Both the position numbers and the translations under genes were made by a program. Source: Cladosporium halotolerans (taxonomy: Eukaryota). From it: a stretch of 64,000 bases of DNA. The notes under the pieces are model-generated. The model saw only the letters and a program-made list of their open reading frames with translations, was not told the origin of the DNA and did not search any database. Where the stretch lies: the NCBI RefSeq assembly GCF_011745625.1, contig NW_027191466.1, positions 310,001-374,000 on the forward strand. Direction: 5' to 3'. Shown in pieces: positions 50,809 to 63,247 of the stretch; the stretch's first letter is position 1, and each line of letters begins with the position of its first letter.

Positions 50809-52575
50809 ATGTTCTATACACATCAGGACCGTGATGACGACTACAAGCCGTCCAGGCAGGAGGTGATCGAGGAGAAGAACAACTCCGACAGCAGCTACCA
50901 GTCTCATGAGGATGATCTGTCCGCTCTCGAGCGTATAGCCACCCAGGAAGACCACGAGTCCTATGAGGAGTCCCACAAGACTGAAACCAATGGATCTCGA
51001 AGGCCCCAGCAACACTCACTCGAGCTTCGCCAGACGGCAAGCAACGTCCTCGACCGTGTCGCCTCGCGAATCACAACTCGCTCCATTCGTGACCCGCCTC
51101 CGCCTCCAGATGGCGGCTTTCAGGCATGGCTGCAAGTCGCCATGGGCTGGCTCATCATCTTCGTCACATGGGGCTACGTGAACTCCTTCGGCTCTTTCCA
51201 GGCTTACTACACGCAAACCCTGCCCGAAGATGCCAGCACGATCAGCTGGATAGGCTCTATCCAGGTGTTCTTGACTTTCTTCATTGGAGCCTTCTCGGGA
51301 CGCTTGCTAGATGCGGGACTTTTCGTGCCTACGCTGTTCGTTGGTGGCATTTTGCAGTTGCTGGGGATCTTCATGATGAGCCTTTCCACCAAGTGGTGGC
51401 AACTATTGCTGAGCCAGGGCGTATTGACCGGCATTGGTGGAGGGATATTTTTCTGTCCGAGTATGGGTTTGATCGCTACATACTTTTCTAATAGACGTGC
51501 GCTTGCTGTGGGCATCACTTCTACGGGCAATTCAGTTGGTGAGGATACTTTTTGGGTCTGTTTTCCGACAATCGGTACTGATCTTTTGCTTGTTAGGCGG
51601 CATGATATACCCCATCCTGACACGTGAGCTTCTGCCGAAGATCGGGTTTGCTTGGACTACGCGTGTACTTGGGTTCTTGAATCTCGGCTTGTTGGCTATT
51701 GCATTTGCTTTTATGCGCCCGAGGTATCATTTTTTTCGCAACTTGTCACAAAATCTTGATACTAACGTGTTCAGACTTCCACCTCGAGCGACTGGACCTA
51801 TCATCGACTGGAAAGCATTCACTGAGCCTGTGTACGTGCTCTTCGTTGGCGGCATCTTTTTCGTCCTTTGGAACGTGTACTTCACGTTTTACTACGTAAG
51901 GCTCCCTGTCTTGACGATCCAACTTCGTCCGCTCGCTCACATAATACCGCTAGATCGCTTCTTACGGCATCGAGAATGCCGGACTGCCTTACTCAGCTTC
52001 GACAACCCTGGTCATCATCATCAACGGAGTCGGGTATGTCAAGCCATCAAGGTACAAAGCACTCTGACCATTTCTAACATATTCTCTAGAATACCAGCCC
52101 GAATCATCCCGCCCTTCTTTGCCGACAAATTCGGACCTCTCAATACTGTGGTCCCTGTCCTTTTCTGCGTCGCAATCGTCTCTTACACCTGGCTCGCCGT
52201 CGACAGCACTACCGGCTTCTACATCTTTACCGTTTTCTACGGCATGATCAACGCCTCATTCCAGTGTCTAATCCCGACGGCCGTTGCGAGCCTGACGCCG
52301 AACTTGAACGTGGTGGGCACGAGATTGGGGATGGCGTTTGCGACAATTTCTTTCGCCGCTTTGACTGGCCCGTGAGTTCGACTGCTTTTTATACTAGGCG
52401 AAGCATCAATCACTAACTCGCGTACAGACCTATAGGCGGTGTATTGCAGTCAGCCAACAATGGCAGCTTTGTCGCGCCACAGGTATGGGCGTCGACGTCT
52501 GCATTACTGTGCGCTTTTCTGGTATTGGGCGCCAGATTCAAGAAGGGCGGCTGGGATCTCAAGGCTCGATGCTAG
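50809..52575 (+). CDS. MFS monocarboxylate-transporter-like protein (Mch type); exons 50809-51538, 51597-51723, 51775-51895, 51954-52033, 52090-52371, 52428-52575
   Basis: PPPDGGFQAWLQV, WGYVNSFGSFQAYY, ISWIGSIQ, GRLLDAG, LTGP|PIGG. Five GT-AG introns splice in frame to ...KARC*. Confidence 0.9.
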
Positions 52576-53419
52576 GGATCAATGGAAAAAGACGTGGTTT
52601 CTGGAGCGCGATTGGCGTACATGTTTCTTTTTTGCTTTATACCCCTTGCATTTTACGAAACGCGCATATGATTTTGGGGTATACATAGACTGATAATGTT
52701 TTGCGTAAGTAATAGATGGTACCGAGTTGTTATTACTGCGGCGTTGTTTAGAAAGTTCGCCTGCCACTTCTCGGAAAATTTGTGGCCTGTCAGTTAGTAG
52801 CTTCTCCACGGGAGAGCTACATCTAGAAAACCTGGGAGGGATGGTACTAAGGGAACATATTCATGTGCATTAGGAAGCTACCATTATCGGCGTTTGACAA
52901 TAGGTACACTCCCTTCCAAATCGAGCTTCAAGTGCTACTATCTCCTATAGAAATTGGGAAGGTTGTATCCTCCAGAGATAGAGAGCTATGTCACAGAACT
53001 GGTGGTTTAATTGCAATCCAACCCTTGTCGACGTCGGGCTCGGGTGAACTTTGGGTCCGGCGTTGACATCAGGTGGGCCAGAACCTGGACCCTGCCCGCA
53101 TCAATGTGAATACTTGGAAGTTGCGTGAAGTCTCCTTGCCTGCTTCAAATCGGCGTCGGAACAATTGCATAATATGGTCAAAGCGTACATGTACTGCGGT
53201 AGGTAGGTTTCATCCGTCGGCCACGGAGAGAAGCGGAGGGCCGAGAAGGTGGAGCCTTCATGCATGAGCGTTGTCTTGCATGAGGATGAGGATGGAGCTT
53301 GAAGCATCCGTCTTCGTGCTGATTGTGTACAAATACACTTAATATCCGCTCTTCTATTAAGACAACAAATCTCATTCAGAAACTAGATTGCTACAATCTT
53401 TTCGACTCTGACACTCAAG

Positions 53420-54544
53420 ATGACCAACGAAGGCCACCTCCAGAACATCGCTTTAGTCGGCGTACGTATTCAGAGACATGTTATGCCGCAGATGCAGTAA
53501 GCTCAGCTGACACGTATACCTACAGGCAAGCGGCACCATTGGCTCCCAGATCTTGAACCACCTACTGGAGACCAACAAATTCCATGTCACTGTGATCTCT
53601 CGCTCGGACTCGAAAGCCACGTTCCCCAGCCATTCATCTTTGACCGTCCACAAGGGCTCCTACTCAGACCCTGAGTTTCTCCAAACCGCTTTCAGTAACC
53701 AGGATGCTGCGGTCATCGCTCTCAACTTCATGGCCATGGGCCTTCAGCCCGGGATCATTGAAGCCGCAGCTAAAGCAGGCGTCAAATGGATCGTCCCAAC
53801 CGAGTACGCCATGGACGGACTGAACGAGACGTTGGCCAAGAACCTGTCCAAGGTACCTATCATGCTGCCTAAAGTCATGGCGCGGAAGCAGGTCGAAGAG
53901 CTCGCCCAGGCCTATCCAGGCCTGAGCTGGATCGGCGTCGCCACCAACCCATGGACTGAGTTCGTGAGTAAATAACCTGCCTGCATCGCTCAGATGCCTA
54001 GATCCTTCAGAACAGCGCTAACGCCACCTACCAGAATCTCGCCCAAGGCGGCCTGGGCTTCAACATCCCATCCCGGACCGCGACCCTCTACTCCGGCGCC
54101 GGCCTCTTCAACAGCGTCACTTTGCCCCAAGCCGGCCTCGGAATCGCACGCCTCCTCTCCCTCCCGCTGACGAATTCTTCCAACCCTCGCGCCTCGCTAG
54201 CCTACTACGCGAACAACTTCGTCTACCTGTCGTCTTTCCTCATCAGCCAGGATGTACTTTTCGACTCGCTGAAGCGCGTGACGGGGACCGCAGACGGCGA
54301 CTGGAAGATCACGCAGAGCTCGATCGAGGAGTGGGAGAAGGCGTGTTTTGAGGGGCTCGCGAAGGGCGACATGAGGTCTGCTGGGGGGCTGATCTTTGTC
54401 AACTACATGGGAGAGGGGAGGGGAGGGAATTATGAGGCGAAAGCGAAGGTTGATAGGGAGGTTCTGGGGTTGGAGGAAGAAGATTTGGACGCTGCTGTCA
54501 AGAAGGCGGTGGATGCGGGCGAGGTGGAGAAGGTCTTTAAGTGA
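53420..54544 (+). CDS. NmrA/isoflavone-reductase-like NAD(P)-binding protein (CipA-like); exons 53420-53461, 53526-53963, 54035-54544
   Basis: NIALVG|ASGTIG Rossmann motif, IIEAAAKAGVKWIVPTEY; introns with canonical signals keep the frame. Confidence 0.87.
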
Positions 54545-54764
54545 GGGCTGAGTTTGTCCCATTACCCTTGATTGTGACTTCGATTAGATATGTCTTAGAC
54601 TCCTATGTGAGCGTTGTGCCCATGCGTGTGCTGAGTCCCCCTTGTTCGCAAATAGGTGATCTGGTGAACTTGGCGGAGGAGAAAGACGCTTCGAAAGAAT
54701 TTGCTAATTATACAAGTCAATATACAATGATGTCAATCGAATGCTTCTATCGGAGCGTATGCAC

Positions 54765-56558
54765 TCATGAAAACTCCCTGAGCAGGCTAGTCATCATGTC
54801 CTGGACACCTTGAACACCTTCTTTCTTCATAGCGCAGACAGGCACAGCACGAACTTTTTTCTTCCACGCATTTGGCTTCCCGCTGGGATGCTCCTCAATA
54901 CCATCCTGGATTTTCGCCAGGTAAGCCTGCAGGGCCTGGAAGTTCTCTTGCGTCTCCGGTTTGTCTGCCTTTGTCGCGATAACCATCCAAGGCTTAGAGG
55001 AGATGGGCGGCAGGGCTAGCGGCGGCAAAGACTGGCCAGGCAGAGGCTGGAGCAGAGTATCTTCCTGCGGCGCTGAAACACCATGCACTTTGTCGGCAGA
55101 GTCTGGCTCAAACTCAGAAAATCCGGGAGACCATGTCACCTTGCCTTCTTCGTTCGGGACATGTCTCCGTTCAGTCGCCTCGGCAATCTCTCTGTCACGG
55201 ATGCCTTGGTATTCACCCACTTCGTTCCACAGACCCTTCAGTGTCTGTATAGAATCGCCCGCGCTCAAGTCCACGATAAAAGCTAGCACGCCCGCGCGCT
55301 CGATGTGTCGTAGGAAGCCCAAGCCGAGCCCACGGTCCAAATGTGCGTCTTCAATCAAGCCGGGGTTGTCAGCGATGGTGAAATTCGTTCGTAGCTCGCC
55401 AGTAGGATAGTAAAGCGGGTTCTCCAAGCGACCGCGCTGGTTGTCGAGTACGACAGTGCCAATGTTGGGCGCAAGTGTGGTGAAGGCCCAGTCGCCGATA
55501 CGAGCGCGGCTACTGGTCAGCGCACGCAGCAGTGTGCTCTTGCCAGCATTGGGAAGCCCAACCAGACCGACATCTGCAAGAAGCTTGAGTTCGAGCTGGA
55601 GCGCGATTCGTGTTCCACCATCGCCTTTGGTCGCGTACTTGGGCTTTGGCTTCGACGGAGTCACGAAATGAGTGTTTCCCAGTCCTCCACTCGCGCCAGC
55701 TATGAGCAGCATCGGCACCTCCATAGGCTTGTTGAGATCTAGACGAATCGGTCCCCGGGGCTCCGACATGGCGAGTGTACTGCGGCGGGGCTTAGGGAGT
55801 CTAGGAAAATCTTCCGCAGTGTAGTGGTGAGGCTGCGCAGCGGGATGCAGCAGCCATTTTTCTCGCTTGTGAGTCCGCTGGTGCTCTGCAGCCTCCGCGG
55901 CCTCGGTGTCGTCGGGGTCTTCTGTTTCCATAGAATACCGCCTACTCCGTCTCAGCTCCGCTTCCTCTTCCGCTACAGGATCATGGCGCGAAATCTCTCG
56001 TAGTACCGTTCCCACAGGCACCGTCAGCAAAACGTCCTCCCCTCTTTTCCCTCCTTTTGCCGAACCTTGTCCGTTTCTTCCTCGATCCGCTTTTATGATC
56101 CCTCGTCGAGCCAACTTATGCAAGCTCGTCTCGCCACGGATGGCTTGAATGTAGACCGATCCTCCAGTTCCTCCGTCTCCCCCATTGGGCGGACCGTCCG
56201 CGATGTATTTCTCTCTTAAGAAGGAGATGCAGCCGTGACCACCATTCCCAGCGGCGAGAGTAAGAGCGCACGCGTCTGTGAACGGTGTTTCGCGATAGTC
56301 CGCAGGCTGCGGGTTCAGGTGGTCGTATTGGGTCACATCTCTTGCAGGTCCGGTCGGAGGTGGCTGCGTAGTCGCTTCAGACGGAACCGATGTGGTAGTC
56401 TGCCATCTCCGATCCGGATGTCTGTTACCGGCGGCTCGAGTGCGAGTGTTTCTGGCGAGGCGCGTGGCCGCGGCGGACCATGAACTATCGAGGTATGGGT
56501 ATAGGAACGGTGTAAGGGTGCTTGACAGCAGGCGCGAATGGCCTAGTGCCGAAGACAT
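54765..56558 (-). CDS. MTG2: Mitochondrial Obg-family GTPase
   Basis: Presequence-like N-terminus, Obg glycine-rich domain (GNGGHGCISFLREK, GPPNGGDGGTGG), LELKLLADVGLVGLPNAGKST, FTTLAP, DNPGLI, GLGFLRHIER, TKAD. Confidence 0.92.
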   Translation of the reverse strand: MSSALGHSRLLSSTLTPFLYPYLDSSWSAAATRLARNTRTRAAGNRHPDRRWQTTTSVPSEATTQPPPTGPARDVTQYDHLNPQPADYRETPFTDACALTLAAGNGGHGCISFLREKYIADGPPNGGDGGTGGSVYIQAIRGETSLHKLARRGIIKADRGRNGQGSAKGGKRGEDVLLTVPVGTVLREISRHDPVAEEEAELRRSRRYSMETEDPDDTEAAEAAEHQRTHKREKWLLHPAAQPHHYTAEDFPRLPKPRRSTLAMSEPRGPIRLDLNKPMEVPMLLIAGASGGLGNTHFVTPSKPKPKYATKGDGGTRIALQLELKLLADVGLVGLPNAGKSTLLRALTSSRARIGDWAFTTLAPNIGTVVLDNQRGRLENPLYYPTGELRTNFTIADNPGLIEDAHLDRGLGLGFLRHIERAGVLAFIVDLSAGDSIQTLKGLWNEVGEYQGIRDREIAEATERRHVPNEEGKVTWSPGFSEFEPDSADKVHGVSAPQEDTLLQPLPGQSLPPLALPPISSKPWMVIATKADKPETQENFQALQAYLAKIQDGIEEHPSGKPNAWKKKVRAVPVCAMKKEGVQGVQDMMTSLLREFS

Positions 56559-57067
56559 GCGAGTAATTGCGCAATAGAGAGGATAGATTATCCCTGGTGG
56601 TTGCCACAGAATGTCCTGCTGCTAGGAATGATTGATGATGTCTATGTCGGCCATCCCACGAACTTCTCCGCGCTCTTCAGCGGAGATCATCTCAGGCATC
56701 GAGGTGGCACCGCCGAGATCAGCACAGGCGTGTTCTTTAGATGCATTCCATTCGCTCTTGTGCGGTGTAGACTATCGAGGCTAAAGACTAGTAAGATATT
56801 AGCGAGTGCGCCGGTTTAAATGGCCTGAATACTTCTGCACGTATACACCTAGGTACGAGCCTCAAAGCCAGGTGCCGAGGCTTCTGCCCACCTGGCACCG
56901 GCCGTTGCGCTTCCGGTGCGCGGTCTCCCAGGGCCCTTAACGGCTCTCATGCCGACTACAAAGAAGTGAATAGATCTCACATCGAGACTAGGTTCCATTG
57001 CAACTTCCAGGCGATCTTCGGTACTTCTCTTTGCGGCCCACATCTCTGCCTGAGACAACATTCCAAG

Positions 57068-58335
57068 ATGGCTGCTCTGATCAGGAACGTGGTCTTAAAC
57101 CCCCTCGTCACAGGACCTTTGCTCATCCTGTTTACCGTTGGCCCTCAGCAAGTACGAGAACCGATTTTGGAGAGTCTCAAATCTTACTCATACTATCGAC
57201 CTGTTGAGCGTGGCCTTCTTGCTCTCAAGTGGCTCTTCGGACTTGGTCTTGCTGGCTCTGTGCATGGCTTCCTCTCCGAGCTTGGTCAGAACAACTTTCG
57301 ACTAAGGTCGGAAAAGCACAGATATGACTGGCCGAATGAGATTGCTGTAGTCACTGGGGCTGCGAGTGGCTTTGGTAGACTGATCAGCGAAGGGCTCGCT
57401 GCAAAGGGCATCCGAGTGATGGCCCTCGATCTCCACGATTCGCTGCCAGCAGACATGCCGCCAAACGAGAAGATCAACTATTACAAGTGCGACATTACTT
57501 CCGCAGAGGCTGTGAACGCTGTTGCCGACGCGATCAGGTCAGATTACGGCAACCCTAGCATTTTGGTCAACAATGCCGGCATCGCATTCGATACAAGTAT
57601 TATGGCTACATCGCCTGAAAAGTTGCGCCGGATCTTCGATGTCAACACACTTTCTCATTACTTCACGGTTCAAGCGCTCCTACCCTCCATGGTGAAGCAG
57701 CGCAAAGGCCATATCGTCACTATGGCCTCCATGGCTTCGTTCCTATCCGGCCCGGTGAGTTAATAGTGATCAACCCTGATGTTGTAATTCGCTGACATAT
57801 GACGCAGTATGTTGTTTCCTTCTTTAGTCGTTGAAGTCATGACCCGTTTCCATCCAAAGCACCAAATGAAACTTGGACCACATGCTGACAAGACTTACCG
57901 CAATAGAGGCATGGTGCACTACTGCATGACCAAGTCGGCGGCTCTCACTTTCCACGAAGGTCTTGCAGCCGAGCTGCGCACCAACAGACTTGGCTTTGCA
58001 GCACCCGAGATTAAGCTCACTTGCGTACACCCTACGTGGGCCGCGACTCCCATGATCGCACCGCACCGCAGCAACATCGACAAGACAGGCATGACAGTCA
58101 TCGACCCGCAGCTCGTAGCGGATGCCGTTGTGAATCAGATTTTGAGTGGACGTGGCAGACAGATCTTGCTCTCTGGAGGAATGGATTTCCTTTCGACCAT
58201 GAGAGCATGGCCGTCCTGGATTACTGGTGGTATCGGCGCGGTTCTGTGTGAGTAGCCTCCACCCCGTTACGTTCGTGTGCCAAATAGAGGCCGAATTTGC
58301 TAATCGAGTACCTTCCAGCTTATTTTGACAATTGA
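57068..58335 (+). CDS. Membrane-anchored short-chain dehydrogenase/reductase; exons 57068-57753, 57907-58247, 58319-58335 (first intervening sequence is a stwintron)
   Basis: TGAASGFG, LVNNAG, TMASMAS, YCMTK (YxxxK), VHPTW. The last exon is inferred from intron 58248-58318 (GTGAGT...GCTAAT...CAG) and is less certain. Confidence 0.86.
57754..57906 (+). other. [D1,2] spliceosomal twin intron (stwintron)
   Basis: G|GTGAGT...GCTGAC...CAG|TATGT...GCTGAC...TAG. Removing the inner intron 57755-57807 rebuilds donor GTATGT; removing the outer intron gives in-frame SGP-GMVHYCMTK. Confidence 0.85.
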
Positions 58336-59829
58336 AGAGAGGGAAATGAAACAGCGTATGGACACCATGTCCTTGGAGCTTTGACACAGATAGTCTTTCC
58401 GTTTTGAATCTCAATGGATACAAGTCATAGTAGCTTTGGCGCCCGGTGGTAGTAGCGCGGGAGCGACGGGTGAACTGGGAAAATCGAGTACAGTGTCTGA
58501 TCAAGTGATCTAAACACGTTTCCCGACTACCTATTCCGAAAGGTCAGATTTCACGGCAGAGCAATGCATTTGTTTCGGCAACTAAGATGTTGTCAAGAAT
58601 GCAACAGCAAGATATAGTGTTCACCCCTTGGAAACAGCTGAAGCATAATGTGCTTCTCTCGTCTGTTTGGAAAAAACCGATACTCGCTATGGGTTATGCA
58701 ACGCAGCCCCCTCCCTCTAGACGCACTTCAAAAGCTTCATGAGGGCATCAATGGAGTGCTTGGAGGTCGCGGGCTGATCAGGAGAACTTGCATGCGTCAT
58801 GCCCAAACCTCTCCGGGGAAAATTACATGCTTCATCGAAGGCGGGGGTTACGGAAAGCATGTGTCCGAGATATACGGCTTCAAATTGCTCATTTTCTCGC
58901 GTAGGCTGTACAGGGCATACGGATGGACTGCCGGTTCACTCGCCGTTGCACAATGCTTACATTAACGACTTGCTTGGGGCTAGCAAATTGGTAGCAGAAT
59001 AAGCATGCAGAGTCAGGGAAGATAGCATCTTGCGAACCAAGGGCGCATCCTGTTGTATCTGGGTTTTTTCTGGATGAGTGAGGTGGTCAGGCCCTAGGGT
59101 AAGCATGAACGAAGGTTTCGTTTGCAAGGTCGAACATGGAATCGGTCGATACGCGCAAAGAAGACGTTTGGTGACCGGCAGGGCGGAACGGGCTCAGTAG
59201 TGATCTGTCTAATCTTCGGTATGCCACACAGAATTCCATCACCAACCCATTACTCATCCCGAAGTCTTTGGCATGGCTCTCTCTGGTGAATATCATCTTC
59301 TTGAGTCCTTTAGGAAATGATAGAACTCCAGGCTGGATTTAGATCGCGGAGAGGCTCGCAGATACCAGTAGGTAACCTAAGTGTCAGTAGATATGTTACC
59401 ATACTACCATCCCTCCTAAAATTCTCGTAGGTGACTTTCCATGAAAGAAACTATTAGCTGGCAGGCTATAAACTTCCAGTTGAGTGATGGAACGTAAACA
59501 CGGATAAGGTTCGTTCCTGCGTGCTATGGAGTATTTGGAATGGGAGGGGCGCCTCTAGATTGGTATTCCCCTGTGGTACGGCGGAGCACAGGACTTCAGT
59601 GTCCCACGTGGCATCTTCATCCAAGTAATAATATTCACGTCAATTTAGCCTTTCATTTCACTTCTTTTCACTTACATGCAATCCATGACAGAAAGGCACG
59701 ATCCAAGCGCGCCTTCCAAATCTGGGCTGCATGGAAGTGAAATGGGCTAACCATGTCCGAATTGACTTTGATTTGTTTCTATGTGTTCATCAAGATAATT
59801 TCCCTCCACCCAGCATCCAAAAATTCATT

Positions 59830-59935
59830 TCCGATGTGGTCTAGTGGCTAGGATTTGTCGCTCTCAATCTTCGGTTCGTCAAGAACTGACAAGATCAGTG
59901 CCGACAAGGCCGGGGTTCAATTCCCCGCGTCGGAA
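59830..59935 (+). tRNA. tRNA-Glu(CTC) with 34-nt intron (59867-59900)
   Basis: Acceptor stem TCCGATG/CGTCGGA, D arm GTCTAGTGGCTAGGAT, anticodon stem TGTCG/CGACA with CT-CTC-A, T arm CGGGG-TTCAATT-CCCCG, Pol III terminator TTTTT at 59941. Confidence 0.92.
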
Positions 59936-61155
59936 TAACCTTTTGTTCTTGTTCCAAAGGCTCCTTGTTTGTACTCACTCAAGCGAAGTACCTCTCGTTT
60001 CCTCGAAGAGAGCATCATCTCCAGGGGACTGCGTAGGGACTGGCGATGGTTTAGGCCTCGCTGGCGGCATTCACCAAGCTCAAGGGCTAGGAAGCGAAGG
60101 AGTCCGGTGCTGCAGCTCAAGAGAGCTCCATCTCAACATGTCGCACCACACTGAAATCGCCTGGTCCATTGGAACTGAATTTGCAGGGGGATGTCGCTCT
60201 GAGGCAACCTAAGTACCACCCTCGAAGCTCAGAGTTGAAGGTGGACCACGGGATAGTACAAATCCGCCCGGTAAGATCGGCAGCTGACCACCACAGTCTT
60301 GGAAGAGCACGCGGCTGCTGCGTGGACTGCAGCACTATACACGCGAGTCTGTTGATTTTACCTTTTGCAAGAGCTTAGTCTATGGACTTTTGGTGGTGAG
60401 GCTTATGTTCCCAATGAGCCGAACGTAGAGATCAGCATGACGCGTCTCACAGACACTGGCCCTAGAACGATTGGGCTTTACGACAACATCCTCTCTTCTT
60501 GGCGGTTACGAACGAAGAAGCACAAGTATCGACTAACAACGTCTCCGTCTGTACGGTATGCGATCAACTCGTTCCACGTCACCTCCTATCAGCATCTGCC
60601 GTCATAATGTCAGCAATTGCCACCTTCACGAGATGCCTGTATCTTGGAATCTCCGTGCTCATGTTACATGTGTGAGCATTGCAGAATAAGACCAAAGAGC
60701 TCTTCTGGTGCATCTCTGGTTCAGGAGGGGACCCGAGAACCTTGCATTGCTCACGGGCCTTCGATGATCTGAGGTGGATCAAGATGCCATAGCGGCAACG
60801 ACGGGTTGCCCTGCGCTCCGTGAAAATGGATAGTCCGGATCCCCGAGGGTCTTCTCGAAGTCTCTCCCACTCCTCATCGCAGCATACTTTCGCCGCCGAT
60901 CAAAGGCGTTCCTTATCGCCAAGCCAGTCGGAGATCTCGAACGAGAATAGTTGTAAGCTATGATACGCACATAAGCAGCAGCTTGAGCTCATGCTTGCCG
61001 GTCTCTACGAGAAAGACGAACGCCGTAGGAGCCTCTATCGTATGAATGGTGTACTGGATACTTTGGCTCAGTACTTGGCCCACAATGTAGGTATAAGTTC
61101 TCAGAACAAGCTGATTCCCCCGAATCTGACTCACGCCTGATAAACTTTGCCCGTT

Positions 61156-63247
61156 ATGTTTTCGCCGCTTGACTTGTTCTGCTTGATCACACTAGCGTCT
61201 CTAGCTTTTGTTTCTGCTGTGCCTTCGCGAAGTCGCGGCGTCTTTGAGCGCGACGATTGCAGTCACGGCCCCACCACGAGAGGGTGCTGGGAGGATGACT
61301 TCAGGTATGAACGATGGGGAATGGGGTATCAGGAGAGTAGTCACTGATTTTCTGCGTAGCATCTCGACAGATTTCGATACAGTCAGTACTCGGCCGCGGA
61401 AGTGATGCGATCTGTTGCAACAATGTCTGATATAGCATGCAGAGATTCCCGCACACTGGCAACACCGTCAGCTACACTTTGGATCTAACCAACGGCACAT
61501 GCAACCGAGGAGGTAGTGGCGAAAAAGTCTGTTTCTTCGTCAATGGAGAAAGCCCCGGACCAATCATCAGAGCTACATGGGGTGACATACTCAGCGTCAC
61601 CGTGAACAATAAGTTGCAACACAATGCGACCTCAATACACTGGGTATTCAATGTGCAGTTGTCACAGCTGGGAAATTGCTGACTCTAGAGGTAGCACGGT
61701 ATCCGACAATACAACACACCAGGCGAAGATGGCGTCAACGGCATCAGCTCCTGCGCGATAGCACCCGGCGACTCCAAGACCTATACTTTTCCGGTAACAC
61801 AGTACGGCACTGGTTGGTAAGCGTTCCGGAAACTTAATCAGGTGTACTCCAGCCGCTGACCGACCTCAATTCAGGTATCACTCACACACTTCAGCCCAAT
61901 ACGGAGATGGTGTCCTCGGCAACCTCGTTTTCGACGGCCCGGCCTCTGCGAATTACGACATTGATCTTGGGCCATACATGGTCCATGAAATATATCAGGA
62001 TTTAACTGCATTTCAAGTGGCTGCAATCGCCCAGCAAAACCTTCAAGAGGGCACCAGAAGTGGGTTTCCAACCCGCAGCTATATCCTCGTCAACGGAACC
62101 GGGATGAGCCCTACTAGCGGAAGAGGCAACTACAACCAAGTCACTATCACCAAAGGCAAGAAGTATAGACTACGCCTCCTCAACGCTGCCATCGACTCTT
62201 ACATCCATGTCTCTTTGGACCAACATGCCATGGAAGTCATCGCAGCTGATTTTGTTCCAATCAAACCCTTCACAACGGAGTGGCTGTTGCTCGCAGTTGG
62301 CCAGCGATACGACGTCGTCATTGACGCAAATCAATCCCCCGGGAACTATTGGTTCCGCGTGGTTCAAGGCGGAGGTATAAATGCCAAAGCCGATGGCGGC
62401 CGGGCCATCTGGACATACGAAGGATCTAACTCCAGGACACCATCGACGTCGCCACGGAGAGAGTTCTCAGAAGGCTTGGAGCCGGACATGTCACCATACT
62501 GGAAGCAGCCTGTGCCAAGCGCTTCTTTCCAGAACACGCTCGATACGAAAATCACCAATGCGGTTGTGACACCTGACGGCAAAAGTATGGTGGTGTGGGT
62601 GCTCAACAAACCCATCTGGATCGACTACGCCCAACCAACGATGGGGTACATCATGGATGGCAATACAAGCTATCCAGAAACATACAATGTGATTGACGCC
62701 AGATCCGGAGGAAATTGGAATTACTGGCTGATCTGGACCGACCCCGATAAGGTGTCGTTCGATCATCCAATCCACTTACATGGCCATGACTTTTTCGTCA
62801 TCGGACAGGGTACCGGTGCTTATGATGAAGCAACCGCAAAACTCAACTGGGAGACTCCAGTCCGCCGCGATACTGCGAACTTACCCGCACGTGGTTGGCT
62901 GGCGTTGGCCTTCATGTCAAACAATCCTGGAGCCTGGCTAATGGTAAGTCATAAAACCTGCCATATTTTGGAATGAGATGTTGCAAGCAGATTGCTGACC
63001 CGATATCTTCGTGAGCAGCACTGCCACATCGCATGGTAAGACCTCTTAACCACTGGAGCTCAACCATGAATCCACACTTACATTATGCAGGCACATCGGA
63101 CAAGGCTTCGGAATGCAATACGTGGAATCGCCCGATCAAATTGTCTTTCCTGACCGAACCGAGTTCGCAAAGACATGCGACAATTACAAAGCGTATGCAA
63201 ACGACAAGAGCAAGAATGTATATCCGAAACATGATTCAGGGTTATGA
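61156..63247 (+). CDS. Secreted laccase (ascomycete multicopper oxidase, AA1); exons 61156-61304, 61360-61381, 61443-61643, 61695-61816, 61875-62943, 63019-63035, 63091-63247
   Basis: Signal peptide, all four copper motifs after splicing (HW|HG, W|YHSH, HPIHLHGH, HCHIAW|H), and the C-terminal DSGL plug characteristic of ascomycete laccases. Confidence 0.93.

Noticed and set aside
60579..60970. Two adjacent minus-strand ORFs that could be a gene relic between the tRNA and the laccase
   Set aside because: No identifiable homology by eye; cannot be supported without a tBLASTx search.
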